The notes below the pieces were generated by a model that was not told the origin of the DNA, ran no database searches, and saw only the letters and a program-made list of their open reading frames with translations. This document shows positions 19,194 through 28,227 of a stretch of DNA of 64,000 nucleotides, piece after piece; within the stretch, counting starts at the first letter, position 1, and the number at the start of each line of letters is the position of its first letter. The position numbers and the translations under genes were made by a program. Source of the DNA: a virus; the IMG/VR virus record IMGVR_UViG_3300050014_000619. One strand, written 5' to 3'.

Positions 19194-19573
19194 GTAATAT
19201 TTCTTATAGTGCAGTAGTTCTTGATGAAAGTTCAAGAAACCGATTAATCAGAAGATTCGAGTCATTAATACCCGAAGGCTGGGAAGTTGTTGCACATCAT
19301 GCCACAATAAAGTTGGGCGAACTTGACCCAAATGAAAAATGGATGATTAATGAAGAAATTACATTGAGTGTAAATGATTTTGCAATGGATGATAAGGTTA
19401 TGGCAGTTGGTGTTAGTGGCTCTGAAAGCCACAATGCCAAGCCACATATAACCATTGCTGTAAATCGACAAGCGGGTGGTAAACCAATGATGTCGAATAA
19501 ATTAATTGACTGGAAAAAAATAAGAGTTCCCTTGGTGATAAGAGGAATCGTGACTGAAGTTGAATATAAGTAA
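19190..19573 (+). CDS. 2H phosphoesterase (tRNA-ligase cyclic phosphodiesterase-like)
   Basis: Two HxT motifs, HHATI and PHITI; KPMMSN. Confidence 0.82.
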   Translation: MSNISYSAVVLDESSRNRLIRRFESLIPEGWEVVAHHATIKLGELDPNEKWMINEEITLSVNDFAMDDKVMAVGVSGSESHNAKPHITIAVNRQAGGKPMMSNKLIDWKKIRVPLVIRGIVTEVEYK

Positions 19574-19574
19574 A

Positions 19575-20171
19575 ATGAGTAATGATGAGTATGTTGCAAA
19601 AAAACAGCAAAAAGATTTTGAAGAAGGTAAAAAACCACAAAAATTATTCGCAGATTTAATGCAGAAGAACGGGTTTCGCTGTTATAGCGCAACCAGTTAT
19701 CAAGATAAATATGAACATTGGGATATCCTGACTGTTGAAGACCTTGGAAATGGTACGAAAGTTTTTGAACGTTCGGACATAAAAGGTCTAAAGAACTGTG
19801 TAAAAGAAGGTTTCGAATGGATGGAATTACAAACAATCGATGGAAGAATGGGTTGGTTGTATTCGGAATTTACAGATAATATAATATTTGAAATTGAAGA
19901 TTGCTTTCTTTTCATAAAAAGAGCAGAATTACTTCCAATCATTGTAGCAAATGTAGCAAAGATGGACAAATTGGATGAAGAAGATGGGGAACGTCCACCA
20001 GTAGTTCATGTGATAAAAGACGGTCTTAAATATTATCAGAGGTACTGTAGAATATTGTGGGGTAATACAGATATAACTGTTATGTCACCATTTACGGATT
20101 TTCAGCATTTAATTTATATGAAACTATATAAAGCAGACGGTAAAATAGAAAAATTTAATAGAAAACAATGA
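19575..20171 (+). CDS. PD-(D/E)xK-like nuclease-fold protein
   Basis: QDKYEHWD...DIKG...WMEL...GWLY; probable ATG at 19575. Confidence 0.5.
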   Translation: MSNDEYVAKKQQKDFEEGKKPQKLFADLMQKNGFRCYSATSYQDKYEHWDILTVEDLGNGTKVFERSDIKGLKNCVKEGFEWMELQTIDGRMGWLYSEFTDNIIFEIEDCFLFIKRAELLPIIVANVAKMDKLDEEDGERPPVVHVIKDGLKYYQRYCRILWGNTDITVMSPFTDFQHLIYMKLYKADGKIEKFNRKQ

Positions 20172-20191
20172 AAAGATTGGCAGTATTTGAT
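20168..20191 (+). pseudogene. Orphaned original 5' end (MKRLAVFD) of the HAD gene
   Basis: ATGA-coupled to the upstream stop; peptide matches IKRLSVFD at 21277-21300; ends exactly at the LAGLIDADG stop codon. Confidence 0.75.
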
Positions 20192-21201
20192 TATATGTAC
20201 TTAAAAGAATATCCTTTACAATGTTTTCTATCCCCCCTAGTAACTCTTTGTATACTTTCATATTTTACATTAATTTTATTGGATGCTTCATGTATATTAT
20301 TAAATGTTTTAATATAATTATTTGATATATAATCATACATTTCTATTTTACGTAAATTTGGGGTTCTATCATACGTTCCTATTTTATATTCTTTAAGTGT
20401 TTGGAATAAATTATATTTTCTTGTAAGTCTAAGATTTTCGGAATCTTCGTAAATATTATTTTTTAATATTAAAAGGTCTTTATATGAATTATATTTTAGT
20501 ACTACAAGCCTATTATTATTTGAAGAATATTTGGTGATACTTACTTTAGTGTTTGATAAACCATATAAATTAAAACTTTTCTTTATCTCAGTAATTAAAT
20601 TTTCTGAACCGATAATTGAAAAACATAATGCACCATTCTTTCTCTTTTTTTCTTTATTAATTGATCCATCCCCATCGAAAACACCACGTATGAAGTGCCA
20701 AAAATATTCTTGAGGTATGTCAGGCATTATACAATTAAATGACTTATTTGAGTGAACACCTAATTTATTGAGATCATTAACAATTTCTTTAGATGCTATT
20801 TGTAGAGAATAGCGTGTATATGTTTTATTGGTTCTTTTATCAAAGACATTATATTTGGCTAATTTATGCTCGGATTTAATTTCCCTTTTTAACATATCAA
20901 CTAACTCGATGTCTCTTGAAGTTAAAACTAACTTATATCGGTTATCAACATATCCATCAGATATAATCAAGCCCAATAAATATGCTTTATTTTTAGCATT
21001 AATAATTTTGAAAAATTCGGTATTAATTTTATATCTTCTATTATTACCGTCATGTGATTTATTGTTTATTGTGTATCCATGCTTTTTTAATTGATATTTA
21101 ATGGTTGAATACGAAACATTAATAATTTTTGAAATTTTTGTTATTGTATAATTTTCATTAAAATAATAATGAGCAATTTGATTAATATCATATTTATTCA
21201 T
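20191..21201 (-). mobile_element. LAGLIDADG homing endonuclease (two motifs, N-terminal HTH, C-terminal NUMOD1) inserted into the HAD gene
   Basis: YLLGLIISDG and FIRGVFDGDG; TFNNIHEAS...GYSFKY; likely start MNKYD at 21201. Confidence 0.85.
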
Positions 21202-21208
21202 ATCTTTG
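21177..21208 (+). promoter_or_regulatory. Consensus Bacteroidota-type promoter for the HAD gene, antisense within the endonuclease 5' end
   Basis: TTTG(21177-80)-N20-TATCTTTG(21201-08). Confidence 0.65.
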
Positions 21209-21224
21209 TATTTATAATAAATAC
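21208..21224. promoter_or_regulatory. Palindromic pair of GTATTTAT motifs (bidirectional)
   Basis: GTATTTAT-A-ATAAATAC between the divergent endonuclease and HAD starts. Confidence 0.65.
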
Positions 21225-21249
21225 TTATAATTTCGAATAATATAACCTT

Positions 21250-21846
21250 ATGACTACGGAAAAACACAAAAATACAATTAAACGCCTCAGTGTCTTTGAT
21301 CTGGATGCGACAATTCTTGACACTCCAACACCAGAAGAAGGAAAAAAAATATGGGAAAAATATTACAAAAAGCCATTTTCATATAAGGGTTGGTGGAGTA
21401 AGCCAGAGAGCCTTGATACTGAAGTATTCGATATTAAACCTTTTCCAGCAGTTCTGGCAGAACTTAATAAAGAAAAAGCAACACCTGACACTGCTGTTAT
21501 TATCTTAACATCAAGAGTGGAAAGATTACGTCCACAGGTTGAGAACGTGCTTAAACTCAATAATATTTCCGTAGATGATGTTCTATTGAAAAATAGTAAT
21601 GAAGATAAGGGTGATATTATTTTAAAAATCTCAGTTTATAATCCAGACCTTCGAGAAATCGTAGTGTATGATGACTTTATGGAAAAAAATGAAGCTAAGA
21701 TTCAGGAATATACGAAAATCATCGGTGAATTATCACCAGAGATTCAATATACTTTGTATTATGTTGACAACGGTAGGATTACTTTACTGGAATCCACTAA
21801 TATAATATTGAAAATGATATCAGATGAAATTCGAAAATTAATTTAA
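21250..21846 (+). CDS. HAD-family phosphatase, Swiss-Army-Knife RNA-repair type
   Basis: VFDLDAT...TP, GWW, LTSR, LLK, VYDD motifs. Confidence 0.8.
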   Translation: MTTEKHKNTIKRLSVFDLDATILDTPTPEEGKKIWEKYYKKPFSYKGWWSKPESLDTEVFDIKPFPAVLAELNKEKATPDTAVIILTSRVERLRPQVENVLKLNNISVDDVLLKNSNEDKGDIILKISVYNPDLREIVVYDDFMEKNEAKIQEYTKIIGELSPEIQYTLYYVDNGRITLLESTNIILKMISDEIRKLI

Positions 21847-21848
21847 AC

Positions 21849-21857
21849 GTATTTATA
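21849..21857 (+). promoter_or_regulatory. GTATTTATA putative late-promoter motif
   Basis: 22 nt before the ATG at 21871. Confidence 0.6.
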
Positions 21858-21870
21858 GTAAAATATTTGA

Positions 21871-22605
21871 ATGGGACTATGCTCAAATAAGGAAAAATTT
21901 ATTATTGCTGCACAAATAAAGCATAATAGCAAATATGACTATTCCAAAGTAGTATATGTTGGTAACAAAGATAAAATAACAATTATTTGTCCTAAACATG
22001 GTGAATTTTCACAGAGACCAAATGATCATTTAACTGGATATGGCTGTAAGAAATGCCAATACGAAAAAATCTCAAAAGAAAATAAATTTACAAATAATAT
22101 TTTTATTGAAAAGGCAAATAAAAAACATAATAATACATATGATTATTCATTAGTTAAATATAATGGATATGAAAATAAAATTACTATTATTTGTAAAAAG
22201 CATGGTGAGTTTAATCAATCGCCACATGCACATTTGGGTGGCGCAGGATGCCCTAAATGTAAAGAATCTTTTGGTGAGAAAAAAATTGCAGAAATCTTAT
22301 TAAAATATAATATTCAATTTGAAAGAGAGAAAACATTTAAAGATTTAAAATACAGAGCTAACTTATATTATGATTTTTATTTACCAAATCATAAAGTATT
22401 TATTGAATATCATGGAATACAACATTTTGCGCCAGTAAAATTTTTTGGCGGTAAAAATGCGCTTATTGAAACAAGAAAACGTGATATAATTAAATTGAAG
22501 TATGCTATAAATAATAATTATTTGTTAATTTCATTATATAATATTCCAATAAAACATATGGATGAATTATTAACGAAAGCATTAAACTATAAATCAATAA
22601 TATGA
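21871..22605 (+). CDS. Putative homing endonuclease (DUF723-like Zn repeats plus Vsr/PD-(D/E)xK)
   Basis: Two YDYS...ICxKHGEF...HL.G.GC.KC repeats; YDFYLP...IEYHG.QH. Confidence 0.8.
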   Translation: MGLCSNKEKFIIAAQIKHNSKYDYSKVVYVGNKDKITIICPKHGEFSQRPNDHLTGYGCKKCQYEKISKENKFTNNIFIEKANKKHNNTYDYSLVKYNGYENKITIICKKHGEFNQSPHAHLGGAGCPKCKESFGEKKIAEILLKYNIQFEREKTFKDLKYRANLYYDFYLPNHKVFIEYHGIQHFAPVKFFGGKNALIETRKRDIIKLKYAINNNYLLISLYNIPIKHMDELLTKALNYKSII

Positions 22606-23426
22606 GCAGGATATCACCAAAATATTTACCACAAGTGGGTGCACCAATTGATTTAATTTTTGAAAAACTTATTGAAAATGACTGTGAGTATATGAACATT
22701 CAAATGAATCCTAATGAACTACAATCATCGCAACCATTTACATTATCCGATGATGTTCACACTGCAGTAAACGATGATATGCATCCTATATGGATTGATA
22801 ATGAAATGAAAATTATTGACGGTCATCATAAATGGGTTAAAGCACTACTTGATAACACACCAATATTTGTTGTTAAATTAAGTATGGATTTTAAAAATGC
22901 TGCAAGACTTTTAAATAAGATTCAAGATATATATGAATATGAACAGCATCAAGGAATGGAAGAAGTGGAAGCACAAGATGCAATCAACATGGATAATCAA
23001 GCAGATTCAGGCATTAGTGATAGTGAATTTCTTAATACATTAGAAGAAGATAATCTCAATGCACAATCAGGAGATACTTCAACTAACGGACAGGTAATCA
23101 TTGGCTATAGAAAAGACCCAATAAAAGAAAATTCAGTTATTGGTAATTTTTTTATGTTGAAACCCGTTGAGGGTTTTGATAAATATGAAATTGAATTTGA
23201 TAATTTACTTGATGTACATTCTCTGGGAGTCGTATACAAAGATGGTCAGAATCCCATAGACATTCTTTCAAAGGTTTGGTTTCCACATGTGAATTTTGAA
23301 AAATTAAGTCAACAATATAATATGCCAGTAGAAAACCTGAAGTGTAAAGCAATTGCAGAAAAAGCAGTTAAAATGGGCTATGATGGCATTAAATATGGCG
23401 ATACATTAGTACAAGGATTAAAATAA
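22602..23426 (+). CDS. ParB/Srx-like domain fused to a possible ADP-ribosyltransferase-like domain
   Basis: LQSSQ...PIWID...IIDGHHKW; acidic linker; GYR...GNFF...MGYDGIKY. Confidence 0.55.
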   Translation: MSRISPKYLPQVGAPIDLIFEKLIENDCEYMNIQMNPNELQSSQPFTLSDDVHTAVNDDMHPIWIDNEMKIIDGHHKWVKALLDNTPIFVVKLSMDFKNAARLLNKIQDIYEYEQHQGMEEVEAQDAINMDNQADSGISDSEFLNTLEEDNLNAQSGDTSTNGQVIIGYRKDPIKENSVIGNFFMLKPVEGFDKYEIEFDNLLDVHSLGVVYKDGQNPIDILSKVWFPHVNFEKLSQQYNMPVENLKCKAIAEKAVKMGYDGIKYGDTLVQGLK

Positions 23427-23432
23427 AAAACT

Positions 23433-23786
23433 ATGAATACATACAAAATTACAAACATAACAAATTTCGCAGGTAAGCGTGATTATAAATTCAATTCCGA
23501 TTTGGATATTGAGTACGTTGATAACATGATGAAAAAAACAGTTAAGGTTAAACCTAATCAAACAGTTTTCTTAACAGTTGAATCTCTTCCATTGTCTGTA
23601 CACAGACTTAGGGTAAAAAATTTAGTAACAGTTACTGAAGTCAGCAAAAACGAATTGGCTGGATTGATGGCAGAACAGAAAAAGCCTGTGCCAGTAGCAG
23701 CAGTAGTTCAGGTGGAAGTTCCTGAAGAAATGTCAGCAAATGAGATAAAGCCTATAAAGAGAAAGAAAAAAGATAACGAAGAGTAA
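23433..23786 (+). CDS. Hypothetical protein
   Basis: 117-aa ORF followed by a terminator. Confidence 0.65.
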   Translation: MNTYKITNITNFAGKRDYKFNSDLDIEYVDNMMKKTVKVKPNQTVFLTVESLPLSVHRLRVKNLVTVTEVSKNELAGLMAEQKKPVPVAAVVQVEVPEEMSANEIKPIKRKKKDNEE

Positions 23787-23815
23787 ATCTTTGATTTTCT
23801 ATATTTTAATTAATT

Positions 23816-23843
23816 GGTCGATATTTTTATCGACCTTTTTTTT
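23816..23843 (+). terminator. Intrinsic terminator
   Basis: GGTCGATA-TTTT-TATCGACC plus T-tract. Confidence 0.85.
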
Positions 23844-23874
23844 ATTTATTATAGCTATTTTGATAATTATGCAG

Positions 23875-23945
23875 TATATTTGTTCCAATAAATATTGTAT
23901 ATTTTCATGGCAAGATTGACTTTTGCAAAAATAATTCGTATTTAT
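23875..23945 (+). promoter_or_regulatory. Promoter region of the glycosyltransferase operon
   Basis: TATATTTG at 23875-82 and GTATTTAT at 23938-45. Confidence 0.5.
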
Positions 23946-23988
23946 TTATAATTAATTACATAATTTTATAATAATTTATAAAGACAGT

Positions 23989-25371
23989 ATGAACGGAAAG
24001 ATTAGAATTTTATTCTACAACCTTGATTCAGCGGGAGTAAACTACTTCAGAACATTAACACCAGCACAAGAACTTCAAAGAAATCATTCAGACGAATTTT
24101 TCGTTGAAATTAATCCACAAATTGATTTTAATGACCCAAAGTATATTGATTACTTAAGATCATTTCATATTATACATTATCATCGTCAATTTCTTGGTGA
24201 AACAAAGGACATGATAAACTTAGCTACTGAATTAAGAAAATCGGGAACTATATTAATAGTGGATATTGATGACTACTGGCAGTTACATAAGAAACATCCG
24301 TTCTACACACTGAACCTTGAAAAGAAAATGCATATTCCAATAATGGAAAATCTTAAGATCGCTGATTACGTTACCACTACAACCGATTTATTTGCTGAAG
24401 AAATTCGCAAAGTAACTGGTAGAGATAATGTTGGGGTGTTTTATAACAGCATTGACCCTACATGGATGAAACAATTTCAGAATAACAGGAAGCCTGACCC
24501 TGATGGACTTGTAAGAATTACATACATGGCTGGTTCTTCTCACATGGGCGACATGGAACAACTTGATGGCGTATTCAACGTATTATCAAATGACTCAGAC
24601 CTTAAGGACAAATTTAAAGTAATACTTGCTGGTTGGGATACTGAAGGTAACACGACTGATATCACATTCAATCAGGAATTTGGAACAATACTTCAAAAGA
24701 AAGGCTTATGGACACCACAGACTGTTAAGGCAATTAATAGATCGAGGGGTGATGTTGATAAAATTCCTAAATTACCAGAAGATTTAAAAGAAAAATTCAG
24801 AGGCAAAATATTTGATCAGAAACAACGTGATATCAAATCAACAGAAAGCGTATACCTTGTATATGAAAAAATCTTGACTGATAATCATCACATGATCAAT
24901 AATCCCGACTATATTGAGTGGCTTAATAATTTTGAAAGAAATATTAAGTACGATAACGAAGGTAACTTTGCTCGTAGATGGACACAGAAAGCCAACACAT
25001 ATGCACAAGTTCTTGATGAAACTGATATAGTGATTGCACCGCTTGCTGACAATTCATTCAACTGGATGAAATCGAATTTGAAACAAGTAGAGTGTTGGAC
25101 AAGAAAACTTCCAATTGTTTGTTCAGATATTCCACCATATAATGTTGATGGTAAGCATATGGAAAATTGTGTGTTGATTCCTGCAGAAAAGAATGCAAGA
25201 AAATACTGGCAGAAATACTTAAAGAAACTCATACTTGATGCTGATCTCCGTAAACAACTTGGCGAACAACTATATGAAGACTTTAAAGATGAATATAACT
25301 TAGCAACGGTTACAAAAAAACGTGCTGACTTTTATAAAGCAGCAGTTGCAAAAACATTAGCAGTAGTTTAA
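23989..25371 (+). CDS. GT-B (GT4-like) glycosyltransferase
   Basis: GVNYFR, VDIDDYW, ADYVTTTT, GSSH, DIVIAPL...FN..KSNLK..E, PIVCSD.PPY. Confidence 0.82.
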   Translation: MNGKIRILFYNLDSAGVNYFRTLTPAQELQRNHSDEFFVEINPQIDFNDPKYIDYLRSFHIIHYHRQFLGETKDMINLATELRKSGTILIVDIDDYWQLHKKHPFYTLNLEKKMHIPIMENLKIADYVTTTTDLFAEEIRKVTGRDNVGVFYNSIDPTWMKQFQNNRKPDPDGLVRITYMAGSSHMGDMEQLDGVFNVLSNDSDLKDKFKVILAGWDTEGNTTDITFNQEFGTILQKKGLWTPQTVKAINRSRGDVDKIPKLPEDLKEKFRGKIFDQKQRDIKSTESVYLVYEKILTDNHHMINNPDYIEWLNNFERNIKYDNEGNFARRWTQKANTYAQVLDETDIVIAPLADNSFNWMKSNLKQVECWTRKLPIVCSDIPPYNVDGKHMENCVLIPAEKNARKYWQKYLKKLILDADLRKQLGEQLYEDFKDEYNLATVTKKRADFYKAAVAKTLAVV

Positions 25372-25383
25372 TATAAAAACAAA

Positions 25384-25797
25384 ATGAAAAAATCAAAAAA
25401 AGAGCAGAAGAAAGCTCGTAAAGAAGAAAAACAAGTTCGCTCAACAGTAATAGAAGCATTTGCTGGAAGAAATACCGAAAACGCAGATAAATTACAAAAA
25501 GCGAATAGGAAAAATAAAAAGATCGATAACGTCTTGATTCAAAGTTTAACTCAATCAGTTTTATTTAACAAGAGTATGATAAAAAGAGACAGAAATCAAA
25601 CAAAAAAATGGCAAGAATCTTATTATCAGCATTTATTTACTGAATTCAAGACCTTCATTGATAAATATAACGAAGGACTTCAGGTTAAGGGTGATAAATT
25701 ATCTACCAGAGTGAACGACTTAAAAATAACGAAGAGAAATCTTCAAAATGAAATTGATAAACTTGAATTAAAGAAGAAAGTGTTAGCCAATGTTTAA
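25384..25797 (+). CDS. Hypothetical basic coiled-coil protein
   Basis: 137-aa Lys-rich ORF. Confidence 0.6.
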   Translation: MKKSKKEQKKARKEEKQVRSTVIEAFAGRNTENADKLQKANRKNKKIDNVLIQSLTQSVLFNKSMIKRDRNQTKKWQESYYQHLFTEFKTFIDKYNEGLQVKGDKLSTRVNDLKITKRNLQNEIDKLELKKKVLANV

Positions 25798-26770
25798 TTT
25801 TTTAAAGAAAGCATATTTCTGGTGTTATATTAAGATACATACTATTTTAATAAGTATTAGCATTGCTTTGTATAATACTGAACAGGATATACTTAAAGCA
25901 GACCCTAATGATCTGACCGAAAAAGATAAAAGAACCACAAGAAAACTTCATAGGAATCCTACTCTTGAAAAATTTTACGCAGGTAAAACTGATGAAAAGT
26001 ACGTACAGGAATATTATGAAATCCTGAAGAAAGCTGATAAATTCATGCGTACTGCAACGCCACATCAAATGGCACTCGCAGCAGATAAACGTGGTACTAA
26101 TTACGGTATGAAAGATCAATATGGTAGAAGATATGAGCATTATGGTTTCTATGACGACAAGCACAAACACGCAGGTAAAACAGTTGGTGAAATACTCGTA
26201 GCAGAATTTGAAGAAAGACGTACTAAAGATGATGATTATGAAATTCTGCATATCTTTAACAATAAACCAATTGAAGTCGGTTTAGGAAGAATTTTTGATG
26301 TGGTTAAGAAAACCGACAAGGTTGAAACAGTACCAGTGATTTCGAGTATAACCAAAACTGAAAGTGCTGAGATAGCCAATGTTACTGATTATCAACAACA
26401 GAATGTATATGAGGTAAATGATATGCTTGAGAGATCAAAGTCATTTGAATTTCCAATAAAAGTTTTGAGAGAAAATTATAGTAGTAAAAACAAAATCGAA
26501 CAACTTACTGAATTTCTTCATGTAAAAAAGATTGGTTTTGAATACAGGCAATTGGAATTTTTTATACCTTTGAAATTTAAATCAACTGAGCTTACCGAAG
26601 ACAGCGACATATTTAAAGAACTTATTGACATTAAAGAAGTTTATTTACATGGTGATTATGGTGAGCTTATTGGGTATGGAGTAATTAAATACATAAAAAG
26701 AATAACACATAATGAAACTCACGATGTGCTGAAATTCGAAGCAATCGAAATGCAGAACGTGAGAACCTAA
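25790..26770 (+). CDS. Hypothetical protein
   Basis: 326-aa ORF with a hydrophobic N-terminal segment. Confidence 0.65.
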   Translation: MFNFLKKAYFWCYIKIHTILISISIALYNTEQDILKADPNDLTEKDKRTTRKLHRNPTLEKFYAGKTDEKYVQEYYEILKKADKFMRTATPHQMALAADKRGTNYGMKDQYGRRYEHYGFYDDKHKHAGKTVGEILVAEFEERRTKDDDYEILHIFNNKPIEVGLGRIFDVVKKTDKVETVPVISSITKTESAEIANVTDYQQQNVYEVNDMLERSKSFEFPIKVLRENYSSKNKIEQLTEFLHVKKIGFEYRQLEFFIPLKFKSTELTEDSDIFKELIDIKEVYLHGDYGELIGYGVIKYIKRITHNETHDVLKFEAIEMQNVRT

Positions 26771-26783
26771 TAATCAAATTAAT

Positions 26784-27251
26784 ATGGGAAATTTTTTGGA
26801 AGACTTAAAAAAATCTGTAGAAACTGGTGAATTTAATTCCGAAGCAGCTAAAAAAATAATCGAAGTGAGTAAACTCGCTGACGAAAAAGCAAAAGGAAAT
26901 GCTTTTAAGATGGTTCAAGATCGTCTTGAAAAAGCTGGATACAATGATGCAATTCCTGAAGAAGAAAGGATTGAACTTAATTCAGAATACGAACAGGAAA
27001 TGGAAAAGATTAAAAAACAGGATGCTGAAAATAAACGAATTGCGGATTTAACAAATTTAGCCGATAAACAAATTGCATTACTGATAGAAATGAACGACAT
27101 GGTGATGGCAAGTATTACCGATATGATGTCATTTGTTACTGAACTTGAAGAAAAATTCAAGAAAGAAATTGAAGATAAAAACCCGATTTTTATCAGCCTT
27201 ACACAAGAAATAGCAAAAATCAAAAACAAATATAATATTACTAACAATTAA
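26784..27251 (+). CDS. Hypothetical coiled-coil protein
   Basis: 155-aa helical ORF. Confidence 0.65.
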   Translation: MGNFLEDLKKSVETGEFNSEAAKKIIEVSKLADEKAKGNAFKMVQDRLEKAGYNDAIPEEERIELNSEYEQEMEKIKKQDAENKRIADLTNLADKQIALLIEMNDMVMASITDMMSFVTELEEKFKKEIEDKNPIFISLTQEIAKIKNKYNITNN

Positions 27252-27264
27252 AAATTAATTATTT

Positions 27265-27744
27265 ATGGCAAAAATTCAAAAAGCATCTGAAGAGATGGAA
27301 AACCTTTTCGATGAGGTAAAAGACACTACAACAGTGAAAGAATGGCTTAAATTCGAAGTTCTTTGTAATAATAAACAAAAAGAACTGTACAAAATCGTCA
27401 AAGCAAATGAAATCGTTGAAATCCTTACTGATGGAGTAAACTTCGCAGTGATATTCAATGAAGAAATCTTTGATCAACTCCCTGAAGATATGAAAAGAAT
27501 GGCAATTACTGAATGCCTTGCAGGTGTTTGTGTAAACGAAAATGATGTTGTATCATTGGAGAAGCCAAATTTCAGTACTTACAGAGGCATCTTACAGAAG
27601 TTCGGTCACGACCCGATAATTGTACTGCATGAAAGCATTAAGAGTCTCTATGACGCTCAAAAGCAGAAAGCAGACGAAGAAAAGGCACAGAAGAAAGAAA
27701 AGAAAGGCAAAAAGGGTGCTTTTGCTAAAGCATTCGAAGAGTAA
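27265..27744 (+). CDS. Phage metallopeptidase-like protein, apparently lacking HExxH
   Basis: FAVIFNEEIFDQL...AITECLAGV...KPNF...ILQKFG resembles putative phage metallopeptidases. Confidence 0.45.
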   Translation: MAKIQKASEEMENLFDEVKDTTTVKEWLKFEVLCNNKQKELYKIVKANEIVEILTDGVNFAVIFNEEIFDQLPEDMKRMAITECLAGVCVNENDVVSLEKPNFSTYRGILQKFGHDPIIVLHESIKSLYDAQKQKADEEKAQKKEKKGKKGAFAKAFEE

Positions 27745-27762
27745 TTCATATTATTTTATTTG

Positions 27763-27793
27763 AAATCCCGATAATCACTTGTCGGGATTTTTT
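27763..27793 (+). terminator. Intrinsic terminator
   Basis: AAATCCCGATAA-loop-TTGTCGGGATTTTTT. Confidence 0.82.
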
Positions 27794-27801
27794 ATTTATA
27801 A

Positions 27802-27810
27802 GTATTTATA
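27802..27810 (+). promoter_or_regulatory. GTATTTATA putative late promoter of the baseplate operon
   Basis: 24 nt before the ATG at 27826. Confidence 0.7.
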
Positions 27811-27825
27811 GAAAAATCTTTTATA

Positions 27826-28224
27826 ATGCAATCATATAATATCAAATATCCGCTTCAAGATAACGTAGAGACAAATACTTATTTTAAAATGACTCAGGTA
27901 ACTAAGGATGCATTTAGTTCTGACTTGCTTTTATTACTACTGACTCAAAAGGGTGAAAGATATTACGAACCAGATTATGGCACTGACTTACTAAAATACA
28001 TATTTGAACCCAATGATAATTTAACTGCAACTGATGTAGAACAAGATATAAAAAAAACTGTTTCGCTTTACATACCTGCACTTAAAATTACAAATGTTAC
28101 ATTTAATCAGAATACAGATGATCAAGGACAACCAATCGATGCAAATCAATTGAATGTCAACATTAAATTCACATATAATGAAGATGCATTTACCGAAGCT
28201 GGTGAGATTGATTTAAACTTTTAA
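27826..28224 (+). CDS. Baseplate wedge / sheath initiator, T4 gp25-like
   Basis: LLLTQKGER.YEPDYGT.L...IFEP motif. Confidence 0.88.
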   Translation: MQSYNIKYPLQDNVETNTYFKMTQVTKDAFSSDLLLLLLTQKGERYYEPDYGTDLLKYIFEPNDNLTATDVEQDIKKTVSLYIPALKITNVTFNQNTDDQGQPIDANQLNVNIKFTYNEDAFTEAGEIDLNF

Positions 28225-28227
28225 AAT

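Noticed and set aside
20168-20317. 49-aa ORF starting MKRLAVFD as a real gene
   Set aside because: After codon 8 it is only the antisense of the endonuclease 3' end
20168-21300. Group I intron in the HAD gene
   Set aside because: The endonuclease is antisense and fills the insert, leaving no room for a ribozyme core; the duplicated N-terminus makes splicing unnecessary
23916-23944. E. coli-type sigma70 promoter TTGACT-N17-TATTTA
   Set aside because: Single instance, and the -10 part is simply the recurrent GTATTTAT motif
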